From the NCBI GenBank assembly GCA_963817895.1, contig CAWFQB010000001.1, positions 736,001 to 800,000 of the forward strand: a DNA stretch of 64,000 nt, in the 5' to 3' direction. The DNA comes from an uncultured Chthonomonadaceae bacterium. Its GTDB lineage: Bacteria > Armatimonadota > Chthonomonadetes > Chthonomonadales > Chthonomonadaceae. Numbering within the stretch: position 1 is the first letter of the stretch; each line of letters starts with the position of its first letter. Shown here in pieces: positions 1 to 9,521 of this stretch. The translations under genes were made by a program, and so were the position numbers. A model generated the notes under the pieces. That model made no database searches, had not been told where the DNA came from, and worked only from the letters and a program-made list of their open reading frames with translations.

Positions 1-636
1 GGCAGGCGCGGCTTCGCCCGTGAATAAATACCCGCTGACATACCGGGCGGGAATTCCCTGTCTACGGCACACGCTCAACATCAGGTGCGCGAAATCCTGA
101 CACACGCCCTGCTTGTTTTCCAGAACTTCCATCAGGGATGTATGGATGGTTGTCGCGCCCGGCGCGAACGTGAACGCGCGGTGCAGCAGGCGTGTCAGGG
201 CGATCAGGAAGGACGCGGTTCCCACGCCCGCCTGCTTGCGGGCCACTGCCGCGATACGGTCGGTTTCCGGGGGAAGCGGGACGCGCGCAGTGGGCTGAAG
301 ATACTCGAACCAAGCTTGCCGAATGTCGGGGCGGGCGTAAAAGTCCCGATCGTCGGCAACTAATTGCAGGCCGGAAAATGGATTGGCGCGATGGGTGACA
401 ACCAGCGCTTCCGCCCGGATCGTGAGTTCCCGATGCGGCGCGCGCAGGTTGAAATGGTGTACCCGACCCCACGCCGAGTCGTAGGCAAACACGCGGACAG
501 GCGGCGTCACGCTCAGGCGAAAATCCAGACAGGTCTGATCGTCGTCACTGAGCGGCATCAGCCGAGCTTCATTGACGCTGTTGATCGCCGGGGAGGAGTA
601 CAGATACCGGGTCGTATGGAGTACGCGCAGGCGCAA
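1..636 (-). CDS. Transglutaminase-like family protein (3' end runs off window)
   Basis: Manual translation from TTG at 636: MRLRVLHTTRYLYSSPAINSVNEARLMP...GVCQDFAHLMLSVCRRQGIPARYVSGYLF. Contains the catalytic GVCQDFAH motif and follows the alpha-E gene. Absent from the ORF track because there is no stop in the window. Confidence 0.9.
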   Translation of the reverse strand, partial: MRLRVLHTTRYLYSSPAINSVNEARLMPLSDDDQTCLDFRLSVTPPVRVFAYDSAWGRVHHFNLRAPHRELTIRAEALVVTHRANPFSGLQLVADDRDFYARPDIRQAWFEYLQPTARVPLPPETDRIAAVARKQAGVGTASFLIALTRLLHRAFTFAPGATTIHTSLMEVLENKQGVCQDFAHLMLSVCRRQGIPARYVSGYLFTGEAAPA

Positions 637-651
637 GAAAAGTCCCTTTTC

Positions 652-743
652 AGGGAGCAGGGAGTAGGTTGTAGGGAGTAGGACACTGCGCTCGTTGCAT
701 ACGGCTTTCCCTACTCCCTACTCCCTACAACCTACTCCCTGCT
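652..743. repeat. Heptamer (GGGAGTA/TACTCCC) inverted-repeat hairpin
   Basis: 27-bp perfect inverted repeat, 656-682 vs 717-743, built from heptamer units; abuts the alpha-E stop codon. Confidence 0.9.
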
Positions 744-1797
744 AATACGACAGATACGCGCGCGTAATGGCGTTGCCGATATTCGCGCAGCGTGTCTGAA
801 CGTCTTCTAAAAACTCGTGCAGGCCGTCGCGAATGATCTCTTTGGGCTGCGAATAGGTCAAGTCGGCGCGAAGCCGTCCTAAGAGACGTTCCGGCTCCGT
901 GGAAGGTTCCTGACTCTGATTGCCGCTGATACGATGCAGACACCCCTCCACGCGCCCGATGCCGTGCCGAACGGACGCGGGAAAGCGCGGGTTAAGAACC
1001 AGAAAATCCACGACATGTGAGGGCTTGATGCCGTCCTGATGCGTTTTGCGGTACATCTCGAACGCGCTGACGGATTTGAGAACCGCGATCCAGCCGTGCA
1101 TGTCCAAAGCCCCGCCCACGCCATACGCGCTCAGGGTCGGCGGTTCAGCGCGCGCTATCGTTCCCTCGATGCTGTCCGTTACCGCCTCGGTTCCGGGATT
1201 CTGGTAGGGCGGCAGCAGGTCGTGGTACTTCACGTCCAGCAGGCGGGCGGTCTGGTCAGCGCGTTCCAGAAAGCGGCCCGTGTCCAGCCAATCCCGCGCT
1301 TCGCTCATCAGCATGGTGCGATTGAGAATGCCCTGCAACAGATAGGAAGCGTCCTTGACGGTTTGAAAAAACTCGTGCGGCCCGGTCGCGAGGACGCGAT
1401 CCACGTCCCACTCGCGCAATTTCAGATACGAGATATTCAGGCTTTCCCACATTTCCGAGGCGATCTGTTCGCGGATACAGCGCGCGTTTTCCCGCGCCTT
1501 TTTCCACACGGTCAGAATGGCGTTGGAATGATCGGGGTCGAAGGCGAAATAGTACAAGACGTCGCGGTCGGTTTCCGTGTCGTAGCGTTGGCGGAACGAT
1601 TCGGCGCTGCTGGAAATCGCCAGAATGGACTGCCAGCGCAGGGTGCTGATTTCGCTGTCCGTATGCCCATCGCGATATGGCGAGAGGGGCGACTCCAGCG
1701 CGGCATGGTAATGCACATCCACCATGCGCGCGGTCGCTTCCGCCCGCTCCACATACCGCCCGATCCAATAACACGAATCCGCGTCTCGGCTCAACAT
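742..1797 (-). CDS. Alpha-E domain protein (DUF403)
   Basis: MLSRDADSCYWIGRYVERAEATAR and GRFLERADQTARLLDVKY (ER motifs); lies between the ATP-grasp and transglutaminase genes. Confidence 0.92.
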   Translation of the reverse strand: MLSRDADSCYWIGRYVERAEATARMVDVHYHAALESPLSPYRDGHTDSEISTLRWQSILAISSSAESFRQRYDTETDRDVLYYFAFDPDHSNAILTVWKKARENARCIREQIASEMWESLNISYLKLREWDVDRVLATGPHEFFQTVKDASYLLQGILNRTMLMSEARDWLDTGRFLERADQTARLLDVKYHDLLPPYQNPGTEAVTDSIEGTIARAEPPTLSAYGVGGALDMHGWIAVLKSVSAFEMYRKTHQDGIKPSHVVDFLVLNPRFPASVRHGIGRVEGCLHRISGNQSQEPSTEPERLLGRLRADLTYSQPKEIIRDGLHEFLEDVQTRCANIGNAITRAYLSY

Positions 1798-1849
1798 GCC
1801 CTCATACTCCCAAAATATAGTTGTCATCTACTTACAACATCTGTTTCAA

Positions 1850-2022
1850 CTACTCGTTATTGCCGCTCAGAATTTGATGCTGTCCCTGCCCGAAGCCCTG
1901 CGACTGCAACATGCCGCCCATTGTCTGCGTTTGCGCCATTCCTGTCCCTTGTTCCCGGTTCCCCATGCTCTGTGATTGCGTCATGGCGTCGCGCGCGAGT
2001 ACCCATGTATCCTTGCTGCCGC
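1850..2022 (-). pseudogene. Displaced duplicate 3' end of the ATP-grasp gene
   Basis: Translates [56 protein letters not shown], homologous to 2595-2743. Confidence 0.9.
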
Positions 2023-2424
2023 AGTCTGCGCTTCCTCTGTTTCTGTCGCTTCAATCACGCTGTCGCGCAGAGTGATCACAGGGGAATGAAAGTTGACGCG
2101 CTTCATAAGATTACGCAGTTCGGTGGCGACATCGGCAGGAGGGTTGCCAGCCAGTCCCGCAGCGGCCATGCGTTCCGCCTCGCGCGTTTCGCCGCAATCT
2201 AAAGCCAACAGCCCTGCGCTGCGGAACAAAATAGATCGTGTTGGCTCCATATCCCTGACGGCAAACAACGCTTCCGCAGCCAGTCGTTCGGCTTCAAAAG
2301 CGGCATGGAAATACTGAATTGCCGTCTGTGGATCATTATTACGCCGCGCAGCCAGCGCCGCATCGGTAAGCTCCATGGCTCGCAGATGATCCTGTTCAAC
2401 TTGTTGTTGTATGTCACGTTGCAT
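1981..2424 (-). CDS. Hypothetical helical (TPR-like) protein
   Basis: ORF with EPTRSILFRSAGLLALDCGETREAERM...GNPPADVATELRNL; its C-terminus runs out of frame into the displaced ATP-grasp tail. Confidence 0.75.
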   Translation of the reverse strand: MQRDIQQQVEQDHLRAMELTDAALAARRNNDPQTAIQYFHAAFEAERLAAEALFAVRDMEPTRSILFRSAGLLALDCGETREAERMAAAGLAGNPPADVATELRNLMKRVNFHSPVITLRDSVIEATETEEAQTAAARIHGYSRATP

Positions 2425-2566
2425 CACGATACGTTACCTCCGCCATTGGCGTACTGAATTCCACTACGACAACAACTGCGGGAAGGTTTGTATTGTCGGA
2501 AACCGAAGTCTGCGCGACTTTTTGCCGGATGCGTCGCTTCACCTCCTGCTCATCTCCAGCGTTAAT
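2414..2566 (-). pseudogene. 5'-truncated remnant of an upstream partner gene
   Basis: Start-less frame INAGDEQEVKRRIRQKVAQTSVSDNTNLPAVVVVVEFSTPMAEVTYRDAT*, whose stop overlaps the next start. Confidence 0.5.
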
Positions 2567-2594
2567 ACTAATTATACGAGTTCGGGATAGCCGC

Positions 2595-4154
2595 TCACTC
2601 GTTATTGCCGCTCAGGATTTGATGTTGGCCCTGCCCAAAGCCCTGCGACTGCGACATGCCGCCCATTGTCTGCGACTGCATACCCATACCCTGCGATTGC
2701 GTCATGGCGTCGTGGGCGAGAACCCATGTATCTTTGCTGCCGCCGCCCTGCGAGCTGTTGACGACATACGAACCTTTTTTCAGCGCTACGCGGGTCAGGC
2801 CGCCGGGAATAATGGTGATGTTGTCGTTTTTGCCATAGAGAATATAGGGGCGCAGGTCTATATGCCGCCCCTCGAAATGATCCTCCACAAAAGCGGGCGC
2901 GCGGGACAGGCCAATAAGCGGCTGCGCGATATAATTCCGCGGTTCGGCTTTTATCTTTTCGGCAAACTCGTCGCGCTCGGCCTGCGTCGCCTGCGGTCCC
3001 ATCAACATGCCGTAGCCGCCCGACTCGTTCGCCGCTTTCACCACCAGTTTATCCAGATTGGCAAGGATGTGCGACTGGTCGGACGGCTTCCACGCGAGAT
3101 ACGTTTCTACATTCGGCAAAATCGGGTCTTGCTGTAAATAGTATTTAATGATCTCCGGCACGTAAGCGTACATCACCTTGTCGTCGGCCACGCCCGTGCC
3201 GATGCTGTTGGCAAGCGCGACGTTGCCCGCCCGGTACGCATTGACCAGTCCCGGCGCGCCCAAAGCGCTATTAGGCCGGAACACGAGCGGGTCTAAAAAG
3301 TCGTCGTCCACGCGGCGATAAATCACGTCCACGCGCTGCGGGCCTCTGGTGGTTTTCATATAAACGATGTTGTCGTCTACAAATAAATCACGGCCCTCTA
3401 CGAGTTCCACGCCCAACTGCTGCGCGAGAAAAGCGTGTTCAAAGTACGCGCTGTTGTACACGCCCGGAGTCAGCAGCACGACGGTCGGCGCTTCATCGCG
3501 GTCATGGGGCGCGAGTTCGCGCAGGTTTTGCAGCAGTTGCGTGGTGTAGTGGCTGACGGGGCGAACGGGCAGGTCGCGAAACAGGGACGGCAAAATGCGC
3601 GTCAGAATCGAGCGGTTTTCCAGCACGTAGCTGACGCCGGAGGGGGTGCGCAAATTGTCTTCCAGAACGCGGTACGTGCCATGTTCATCACGTATCAAAT
3701 CCGTGCCGCAAATGTGGACATAGATGCCGCCGGGCGGGTCCGCGCCGATAAACTCGCGCCGAAAATTGGCCGCGCCCACAATCAGTTCGCGCGGGATGAT
3801 GTTATCCGCCGCGATTTTCTGGTCGTGGTAAACGTCATGCAGGAACATATTCAGCGCGGTCAGGCGTTGTTTGAGGCCGCGCTCAATGTGATCCCACTCA
3901 TCGGCAGGCACGATGCGGGGAATCAGATCGAATGGGAAGGGTTTTTCCACGCCCTTCTCGTCGCCGTACACGGCAAACGTAATGCCCTGATTGATGAGGG
4001 TTAAATCGGCAAGCGTGACGCGGCGCTTGTAATCTTCCAGCGACATTTGCTCTACGCGCTGAAACAGTTTGCGATAGTGCGGACGCGGCTGTCCGTCGGG
4101 CGCGAACATCTCGTCATAGAAACCGTCGTTTTGATAGTTATCGAACAGGGACAT
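2595..4154 (-). CDS. Circularly permuted type 2 ATP-grasp protein
   Basis: [36 protein letters not shown] and [15 protein letters not shown] motifs; Gln/Ser/Met-rich tail. Alternative start at 4196. Confidence 0.95.
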   Translation of the reverse strand: MSLFDNYQNDGFYDEMFAPDGQPRPHYRKLFQRVEQMSLEDYKRRVTLADLTLINQGITFAVYGDEKGVEKPFPFDLIPRIVPADEWDHIERGLKQRLTALNMFLHDVYHDQKIAADNIIPRELIVGAANFRREFIGADPPGGIYVHICGTDLIRDEHGTYRVLEDNLRTPSGVSYVLENRSILTRILPSLFRDLPVRPVSHYTTQLLQNLRELAPHDRDEAPTVVLLTPGVYNSAYFEHAFLAQQLGVELVEGRDLFVDDNIVYMKTTRGPQRVDVIYRRVDDDFLDPLVFRPNSALGAPGLVNAYRAGNVALANSIGTGVADDKVMYAYVPEIIKYYLQQDPILPNVETYLAWKPSDQSHILANLDKLVVKAANESGGYGMLMGPQATQAERDEFAEKIKAEPRNYIAQPLIGLSRAPAFVEDHFEGRHIDLRPYILYGKNDNITIIPGGLTRVALKKGSYVVNSSQGGGSKDTWVLAHDAMTQSQGMGMQSQTMGGMSQSQGFGQGQHQILSGNNE

Positions 4155-4259
4155 AGGGGCTACCTGCTGCAAACGGTTGGATTTCGCGACAGGCACGGCA
4201 TTGTGCGCAAGAGGGATAGCGTATTATATCCTTTTGGGAGGCAGTTGTAAAGGGGAATG

Positions 4260-4847
4260 TTATCTGAGCCGCGCTCCCGCTTTTACAGCAGCCTGCACGA
4301 GGGCATCGGTTTGTGTTTCCGTGCCGACAAATTCTCCCAGATCGCCGCTGATGGTGCAGCCCTTGCACAACTCCTCCAGATCAACGTAAGCGCTTTTATC
4401 TCCGTGATGAAAATGACCTTTGTAAACCTGCGCGGAGAAATCCGGTCTCAGATCGAAAGTGGCGCCCTGCTGAAGCAGCATGGTGACAATATCAATATTG
4501 GGATAGTATTGCGGAGAAAAACTCGCGCCGGTGTGCAGGCTTAACTTGTTCAAAGCAATGGTAAGAGCGGATTTGGTTGCGGAATTAGAAGGCTTGCGAC
4601 TGAAGCGTTCGCGGAGAAATTTCCAGAGGGAAGGGGCGTCCGCACTGCCGGAACCGCGCGCGTTTGGGTTTGCGCCTTGCGCCAGCAATGCTGTGACAGC
4701 GGAGGTGTCATCGCGCCGAATGGCGGCAAGCAGTTGGCTGTTCCGCCATTGCTGCTGCAAGCCGGGAACAACGCGCCATGCGCTGAATAAACAGAGCGCG
4801 GCAGGCAATACAAAGCAAAGCAGCAAAAGGCGGCGTTTACGGTTCAT
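4260..4847 (-). CDS. Membrane-anchored ankyrin-repeat-like protein
   Basis: N-terminal TM segment; LLAAIRRDDTSAVTALLAQGANPNA ankyrin-like repeat. Confidence 0.7.
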   Translation of the reverse strand: MNRKRRLLLLCFVLPAALCLFSAWRVVPGLQQQWRNSQLLAAIRRDDTSAVTALLAQGANPNARGSGSADAPSLWKFLRERFSRKPSNSATKSALTIALNKLSLHTGASFSPQYYPNIDIVTMLLQQGATFDLRPDFSAQVYKGHFHHGDKSAYVDLEELCKGCTISGDLGEFVGTETQTDALVQAAVKAGARLR

Positions 4848-4862
4848 GGTAGTAATTCCTGC

Positions 4863-5444
4863 TCAGGGCGTGGAAGCATTGTCGGGAAACAGCCGATGCA
4901 GAGGAAAAGTAAAACCGGGCAGAACGTCCTCACCTGTCAGCGTGTCGTTTATGCTCAACTGACGCGGTGTTTCGTTCGGGCGATAAATGGTCAGAATGCG
5001 AGTGGCAGGATTGAACTCCCATCCAAGCCGTACTCCCGCCCGTAACCAGCGGCGCATTTTACCTTCCGCTTCCGTTGCGGTGTCGCTTGGTGAGCGCACT
5101 TCAAGGACAATATCAGGAACAACGGCGGAAAATCCGGATAGGGCTTCGCCTATCAGTCGGCCACGGGCGGTAAATGCCCAATCCGGCCCCATTGTTGTGT
5201 CCGGGTTGCGTTGCACGATGAAGCGCGTTTCCGCCGCGTAGCATCTTCCGAGATTGTGTTCCAAAACGTAAACGGTGGCATACGCCCCTAATGTCATGGT
5301 TACAGCGCCGTGCTGTTCGCCGGGCATGGGAGGCATAGGCGTTAATTCTCCTTCAATCAAGTCCAAGCGCAAATCGCTGTCCATCCGCTCGAACTCTTCC
5401 ACTGTTACCAGTTTGCCTGTTTCTTTGATTGCAGTGGCTGCCAT
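4863..5444 (-). CDS. Uma2 family (PD-(D/E)XK) endonuclease
   Basis: LDLIEGEL, PDWAF, PDIVLEVRSPSD and GEDVLPGF motifs. Confidence 0.92.
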   Translation of the reverse strand: MAATAIKETGKLVTVEEFERMDSDLRLDLIEGELTPMPPMPGEQHGAVTMTLGAYATVYVLEHNLGRCYAAETRFIVQRNPDTTMGPDWAFTARGRLIGEALSGFSAVVPDIVLEVRSPSDTATEAEGKMRRWLRAGVRLGWEFNPATRILTIYRPNETPRQLSINDTLTGEDVLPGFTFPLHRLFPDNASTP

Positions 5445-5508
5445 GTCACGCCTCACATTCTAATCGGAATATCTGTTAAAGCCCCTGTAAGGAACCTCGT
5501 TTTCATTA

Positions 5509-6570
5509 GATACTCCGACAAATAAGTTTGGATTTATTCTTGGCGCGGGTAGAATAGACGTATGAACCTTCACGAACTTGGCCGCTATCCCGAAAACAAA
5601 GTCCGTTCGCTCTTCGGACTACCCCACGCCGCCTTAGCTGAACTCTTCCTGGCAGCGCTTCCCGAAATCGAGCGCCGTCGCCAACAAGAACAGGCCAACA
5701 AGCCCACGCGCCGCCGCAAGGTGGGAGGCGGCCGCAAACGCCTGCTCAAGCCCTACCAGGAAGTGTTGCTGACGCTGCTGTACCTGCGCCACAACGTCGC
5801 CTTCTCTGTGGTGGGCATGCTGTTTGGCGTCAGCGCCGATGTGGCGGAGAACACCTTCCATGAGATTGTCGGCGTCCTCAAAGACGTGTGTCCGGCCAAC
5901 CGCTGGGAAGCGGAGAAACGCTGGACCAAGAAAGAACCCTCCTGGAAGCCCGAGGAGGTGGATCAGGTGATTGTGGATAGTTTCGAGACGCCGGTTCCGC
6001 GTCCCTCGATTGAACCCAAGCAACGCGCCTTCTACTCGGGCAAGAAGAAAGACCACACGCTCAAGACCGAGGTCATCACCAACCGCAATGGCGACATTCT
6101 TGATGTGGATGCGGGCTATCGCGGCCCGAAGTCGGACAAGAAAGTGCATGAGCAGAGTACGGTTGCCAAGCAGTTTCCCCATGCGACGGTCAAAGGCGAT
6201 CTGGCCTATCAAGGCTTACCCCACAGCGAAGTGCCGCACAAGAAGCCACGCGGAGGCGCGTTGAGCGCTGTGCAGAAAGAAGAGAACCGCGCCTTTTCCT
6301 CAGGGCGTGTGCGTGTCGAACATAGTATCCGGCGCGTCAAAGCGTTTCGGATGGTGCGTGATGAATATCGTCTGGCGACGGGATTGTTCCGTCGCACTTG
6401 CTTCTGTGTGGTGGGTCTGGTGCAATTGATCGCGCTGACACGCGAGCCGCAAGGCGCGTAAGCCGGGAAAAGTAAACGCGGAAAAAGGGTTTTCGACGGG
6501 TGGAGTGTGTCTGCTCCACCTGAGCGCTAGCCTGCCTCAAAACAGCCTATATACTATTTGTCGGAGTATC
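5509..6570 (+). mobile_element. IS5-family (ISL2-like, DDE_Tnp_4) insertion sequence
   Basis: 16-bp perfect terminal inverted repeats GATACTCCGACAAATA (5509-5524) / TATTTGTCGGAGTATC (6555-6570), flanked by TA on both sides. Confidence 0.9.
5562..6461 (+). CDS. Transposase (HTH_Tnp_4 + DDE_Tnp_4)
   Basis: IVDSFE, YSGKKKDHTLK, GDLAYQG and RVRVEHSIRRVK DDE motifs. Confidence 0.92.
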   Translation: MNLHELGRYPENKVRSLFGLPHAALAELFLAALPEIERRRQQEQANKPTRRRKVGGGRKRLLKPYQEVLLTLLYLRHNVAFSVVGMLFGVSADVAENTFHEIVGVLKDVCPANRWEAEKRWTKKEPSWKPEEVDQVIVDSFETPVPRPSIEPKQRAFYSGKKKDHTLKTEVITNRNGDILDVDAGYRGPKSDKKVHEQSTVAKQFPHATVKGDLAYQGLPHSEVPHKKPRGGALSAVQKEENRAFSSGRVRVEHSIRRVKAFRMVRDEYRLATGLFRRTCFCVVGLVQLIALTREPQGA

Positions 6571-6587
6571 TATTATAGCAGAAGTGG

Positions 6588-7184
6588 TCAGAGCGTGGAA
6601 ACATCGTCACGAAACAGATTGCGCAGAGGAAATGTGAAACCGGGCAGAACATCCTCGCCTGTGAGCGTATCGTTCACGCCGAGTTGTTGGGGCGCTTCGC
6701 CGGGACGGTAGACAGTTAAAATTTGTGGTGTCGGATTGAGTTCCCAACCGAGACATACACCCGCCCGAATCCAGCGATTCATTTTCGCCTGTGATTTGGG
6801 AGTCGTGTCACCGGGCGAGCGTACTTCCAATACCAGATCAGGAACCAGTCGCCAATAGTTTTTAGGCAAGGGGTTGGGAACGCGGTCCGCGCGGATAAAC
6901 GCGAAGTCGGGCGCAATAGACGTGTCAGGGTTGTGCGCGATTACGAAGCGCGTTTCTGCGGCAAAACATCGCCCTAATCTGTGCTGCCGGACAAACCAAC
7001 CGACTTCCAGCGATAAATCCATTGTGATACTGCCGTGTTCGCCTCCGGGCATAGAAGTCACCTCCACTAATCTGCCTTCAATCAAGTCCATCCGTATGCC
7101 ACGAGCCTTGAACTGGCTCTCCATCTGTTCGTATTCATCCGCCGTTACCAGTTTGACGGCTTCCATCACCTGAGTCGCTGTCAT
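6588..7184 (-). CDS. Uma2 family endonuclease (paralog)
   Basis: APDFAFI, PDLVLEVRSPGD and GEDVLPGF; clearly similar to 4863-5444. Confidence 0.92.
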   Translation of the reverse strand: MTATQVMEAVKLVTADEYEQMESQFKARGIRMDLIEGRLVEVTSMPGGEHGSITMDLSLEVGWFVRQHRLGRCFAAETRFVIAHNPDTSIAPDFAFIRADRVPNPLPKNYWRLVPDLVLEVRSPGDTTPKSQAKMNRWIRAGVCLGWELNPTPQILTVYRPGEAPQQLGVNDTLTGEDVLPGFTFPLRNLFRDDVSTL

Positions 7185-7322
7185 GTCTTACCTCGCTTTC
7201 ATTCAGAAATACGCATCGAAAACCATGAGGGAACGTTCTTTCTAGTATAGCACGTCCTACACATAGCGTATTATGCAAAATACAATGACACAGCAAAAAC
7301 CGGAAGAGGAGAAACAGCCCTT

Positions 7323-7580
7323 ATGAAAGCGCAAGTGGAAGGAATGAGGCCGGGGGAACCGAGAATCACGGATGATCAGGGGCGGCGTATCGCGCTCGTA
7401 TTACGGCTGGTTCCCGAAAGCCCCGAAGAGGTGGCGGAACTGAAACGCTTTTGCCGCCTGACGGACGCCTTCACATTCATCATTGACGAAGAGTACCGCA
7501 CAAATCAGGCGCATATCGCCCCGGTTTATGGTGAGCGCACGTTCAGCATCGTGCCGCGCCATGTGGAAGAGATGGAATAA
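7323..7580 (+). CDS. Hypothetical protein
   Basis: 85-aa ORF with GAGGAG RBS. Confidence 0.6.
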   Translation: MKAQVEGMRPGEPRITDDQGRRIALVLRLVPESPEEVAELKRFCRLTDAFTFIIDEEYRTNQAHIAPVYGERTFSIVPRHVEEME

Positions 7581-7664
7581 ATCGCGGGGTAGCAGGAATC
7601 ACGCCTGCTGGCCGCGAACTCCATTTCAACACCTGCTCTTGTTGATTTTAAGAAGGGGATTACG

Positions 7665-9431
7665 ATGCTAAATGAGCCGCGCCGAACGATTCAAAACACA
7701 GGTCTGTGGAAACGATGCCTGACAAGTCTGCGCTTTTTGTGCGGCATGGCGTGTCTGAGCGCGTTGGCGGTGGGCGCGCGGGCGCAGGTCGTTGTCAAGG
7801 GCGAACTCGTGCCGCGCAAGGAGACCGATGAGATCGCCGCGCCCGACCCGATGAAACTCAGCGACATTGTGCGCGTCAAGGCCGAAGCGGACAGCAAATC
7901 GGGCATTGAGCGCATCACCTTTGAGGTGGACGATCAGTTCCGCGCCGAAGCCAAACAGCCGCCGTATCTGTTCGATTGGGACACGCTCAACGAAAACGAC
8001 GGGCAGCATACGATTGCCATCACCGCCTACAACGTCAACGGGCAGACCGGCATTCAGCGGCTCAAAATGACGGTAGAAAACAAACTCAGTCTTGGTATCA
8101 AGCACTGGGTCAAGGATGGGCTGGCCGCGTTCGGGCGCAACGACCTGCGAACGCTGGACAAGGACGCTCGTAAATCCTTCAAAATCAGCCGTATTGACGT
8201 GGACGCGGTCCGCCTGATGGCGCTCAATCTCGGCGCGAAGGGGGATATTGGCGGCGGACTGCGCCTGCTGGACGATCAGCAAATCGGGGTTCCCAAAGAA
8301 GAGCCGTTTACGCTGCGCATCCGGGGCTATCTGGCCCTGTTCCAGAGCGTCAATCAGGGCAACAACGTGCAGATGGTGCAGGAGATGGACAGGGGCTTCG
8401 ATCTCGTGCGCAGGCAGTTCAACGCGGAACTGGCGGACGTGACGAAAACCTATCCTGAATCCTCTACGGACTCCTCCGGGCAGATCGCGCGGGGCGACAT
8501 TCTTTTCCAGCAGCATGCGTATGAACCGGCCCTTGCCGCGTATGAGAAAGCCGCCGGACTGACGCAGAACCGCAGCGACAAACGGCGCGCTCAGTGCCGC
8601 GTGTGCATGAGCCTGCTGCGCCTGAGCCGCGTGGCCGAAGCGGAAAACTTGGCCCGGCGTGTGAACAACAGCGCGGACGCGACGGATACCACGCAGGCGA
8701 TGCTGGCCGCCGCCCTGTTCCAGAAGCGCAAATACGCCGAAGCCCGCGAAACCGCCCGCCCCGCCGCGCAATCCAAAAACATCGTCGGCCTTGTCGTGGC
8801 GTCCCTGTCCGATCTTGCCATGAACGATAAGCAGTTGGGCATGAAGGAGGCGCAGCAGGCGTTCGCGATTGTGGATATTCCCGAAACGCAGTACGCTCTG
8901 AGCGCGGCCCTTGCCGACAACGGCAATCAGGACGGAGCCAAGCGTGGTTTCCGCTCGGCCTTTCTCCGCGCCCCGTTTTTCAGCCAGACGCTGGTAGAGC
9001 GCGCGTGGGAGATTATGGCCTACGACAATTCTGACGAGCGATTCGCGCAGGCGGGCAACATTCTTGATCTTGTTTTGTCGGCGGAACCCGATAACGTTTG
9101 CGCCCTTGCCGCCCGCGCCGTTGCCCTGCTACAACTGAAGCGCTATCAGACGGCCTCGCCTTTAGTTGCCCGTCTTGCGGGAGCCGACCCGCTGGCCCCC
9201 GATACCATGCTGCTGAAAGCCATCACAACGGCGAAAGGCGACCCATCCCATGCCGCCATCAAGCCCGCGCTGGAATACGCGACTAAAACCGACCCGGCCA
9301 ACTATAAAGAGGCGTTTCTGCCGCCCATGCCAACGCTCGTTTCCCGTATTGCCCGCCTGCGCCGCGTCGTGCCGCTCACGCCCGACCTGCTCGACGCCTC
9401 CGACGGCCTGATACAGATAGCGAGTAATTGA
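7665..9431 (+). CDS. Secreted Ig-like (Big) domain + TPR protein
   Basis: Signal peptide (AVGARA-Q), PPYLFDWDT...DGQHTIAITAYN Ig-like domain, then helical TPR-like repeats. Confidence 0.8.
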   Translation: MLNEPRRTIQNTGLWKRCLTSLRFLCGMACLSALAVGARAQVVVKGELVPRKETDEIAAPDPMKLSDIVRVKAEADSKSGIERITFEVDDQFRAEAKQPPYLFDWDTLNENDGQHTIAITAYNVNGQTGIQRLKMTVENKLSLGIKHWVKDGLAAFGRNDLRTLDKDARKSFKISRIDVDAVRLMALNLGAKGDIGGGLRLLDDQQIGVPKEEPFTLRIRGYLALFQSVNQGNNVQMVQEMDRGFDLVRRQFNAELADVTKTYPESSTDSSGQIARGDILFQQHAYEPALAAYEKAAGLTQNRSDKRRAQCRVCMSLLRLSRVAEAENLARRVNNSADATDTTQAMLAAALFQKRKYAEARETARPAAQSKNIVGLVVASLSDLAMNDKQLGMKEAQQAFAIVDIPETQYALSAALADNGNQDGAKRGFRSAFLRAPFFSQTLVERAWEIMAYDNSDERFAQAGNILDLVLSAEPDNVCALAARAVALLQLKRYQTASPLVARLAGADPLAPDTMLLKAITTAKGDPSHAAIKPALEYATKTDPANYKEAFLPPMPTLVSRIARLRRVVPLTPDLLDASDGLIQIASN

Positions 9432-9477
9432 GTTGTCAGGTTGTCAGGTTGTTAGTTGTTAGTTGTTAGTTGTTAGG
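9431..9477. repeat. GTTGTTA/GGTTGTCA short tandem repeat
   Basis: Starts at the stop codon; a reverse-complement relative lies at 27513-27537. Confidence 0.85.
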
Positions 9478-9521
9478 TTCGTGCCTGTTGAAATAAAACC
9501 CTGCCACTTCAAAAACAAGTC

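Noticed and set aside
62..681. ORF-track entries 62..472, 85..363 and 364..681
   Set aside because: Shadow frames of the transglutaminase gene that runs off the window.
1039..2202. 387-aa plus-strand ORF, and similar long antisense ORFs (7668..8771, 34988..36829, 49860..50996, 62093..63247)
   Set aside because: Antisense to well-supported genes; expected in GC-rich DNA and lacking motifs.
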